A DNA stretch of 64,000 nt from contig JAYUCJ010000152.1 in the NCBI GenBank assembly GCA_043740415.1, forward strand, positions 2,758 to 66,757. Reading direction: 5' to 3'. A model generated the notes under the pieces. The model had not been told where the DNA came from and did no database searches. It saw only the letters and a program-made list of their open reading frames with translations. The DNA is from Polaromonas sp. (lineage in GTDB: Bacteria > Pseudomonadota > Gammaproteobacteria > Burkholderiales > Burkholderiaceae_C). A program made the translations under genes and the position numbers. Numbering within the stretch: position 1 is the first letter of the stretch; every line of letters begins with the position of its first letter. Shown piece by piece: positions 63,778 to 64,000 of the stretch.

Positions 63778-64000
63778 TTATTTTGGTGGTGGTGTTTCGG
63801 CTGGCACAACGATAACTGCGGTTCCGCCGCCTGCACCAGTTTTACCTGTATCGCCTTGGCTGCCCGTAGCACCAGTAGCACCAGTATTGCCTGTGCTTCC
63901 CGTGTTGCCACCTGCCCCTTGGCCACCGGTTGCACCCTGTGGACCAGCTGGTCCAGGCACAGCGACTGGCGTCGCAGGAACAATGACTGTGGGTCTGTCG
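63778..64000 (-). CDS. Collagen-like Gly-X-Y repeat protein (partial; continues beyond the window)
   Basis: ...PGPAGPQGATGGQGAGGNTGSTGNTGATGATGSQGDTGKTGAGG, then TAVIVVPAETPPPK stop. The frame stays open to the window edge. Confidence 0.5.
   Translation of the reverse strand, partial: DRPTVIVPATPVAVPGPAGPQGATGGQGAGGNTGSTGNTGATGATGSQGDTGKTGAGGGTAVIVVPAETPPPK

Overview
This is a 64-kb chromosomal segment from a moderately GC-rich betaproteobacterium. The gene order looks Burkholderiales-like: rimI-tsaB, purE-purK, purC, def-fmt, LysM-dprA, yajC-secD-secF, glmU. I support about 65 CDSs, mostly housekeeping, and one ncRNA (RNase P RNA, minus strand, about 61768-62147). I recognised no rRNA, tRNA, CRISPR array, transposase or integrase gene.

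Accessory DNA sits in visibly AT-rich patches.
(1) 53.5-61.8 kb is a ColV-type peptide-export island. It carries a HlyD adaptor, a C39-peptidase ABC exporter and two unrelated double-glycine-leader peptides. It also carries a start-less paralogue of one peptide, two CPBP/Abi-like membrane proteins with a degenerate first motif, a clan-CD (C13-like) lipoprotein and a Bro-N gene. The island lies between a 5'-truncated rubrerythrin gene and rnpB. This is my best candidate for an undescribed system.
(2) 23.6-28.7 kb is an array of small cassettes: lipoprotein + DUF2971, a membrane protein, then three toxin-antitoxin pairs. The cassettes are stacked against the 3' end of purC and separated by decaying copies of the purC 3'-terminal sequence.
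(3) 14.7-16.3 kb holds two orphan membrane proteins plus VapBC.

Two small dispersed repeat families run through the window. One is a ~45-bp hairpin-containing element with at least 14 copies. Seven of these lie in frame inside conserved genes (udg, thiL, tsaC, ybbN-like, fmt, smr, glmU). The other is a GC-rich palindromic element, with one copy in frame inside the hlyD gene.

All family calls come from motif recognition by eye. No HMM, BLAST or RNA-folding computation was run.
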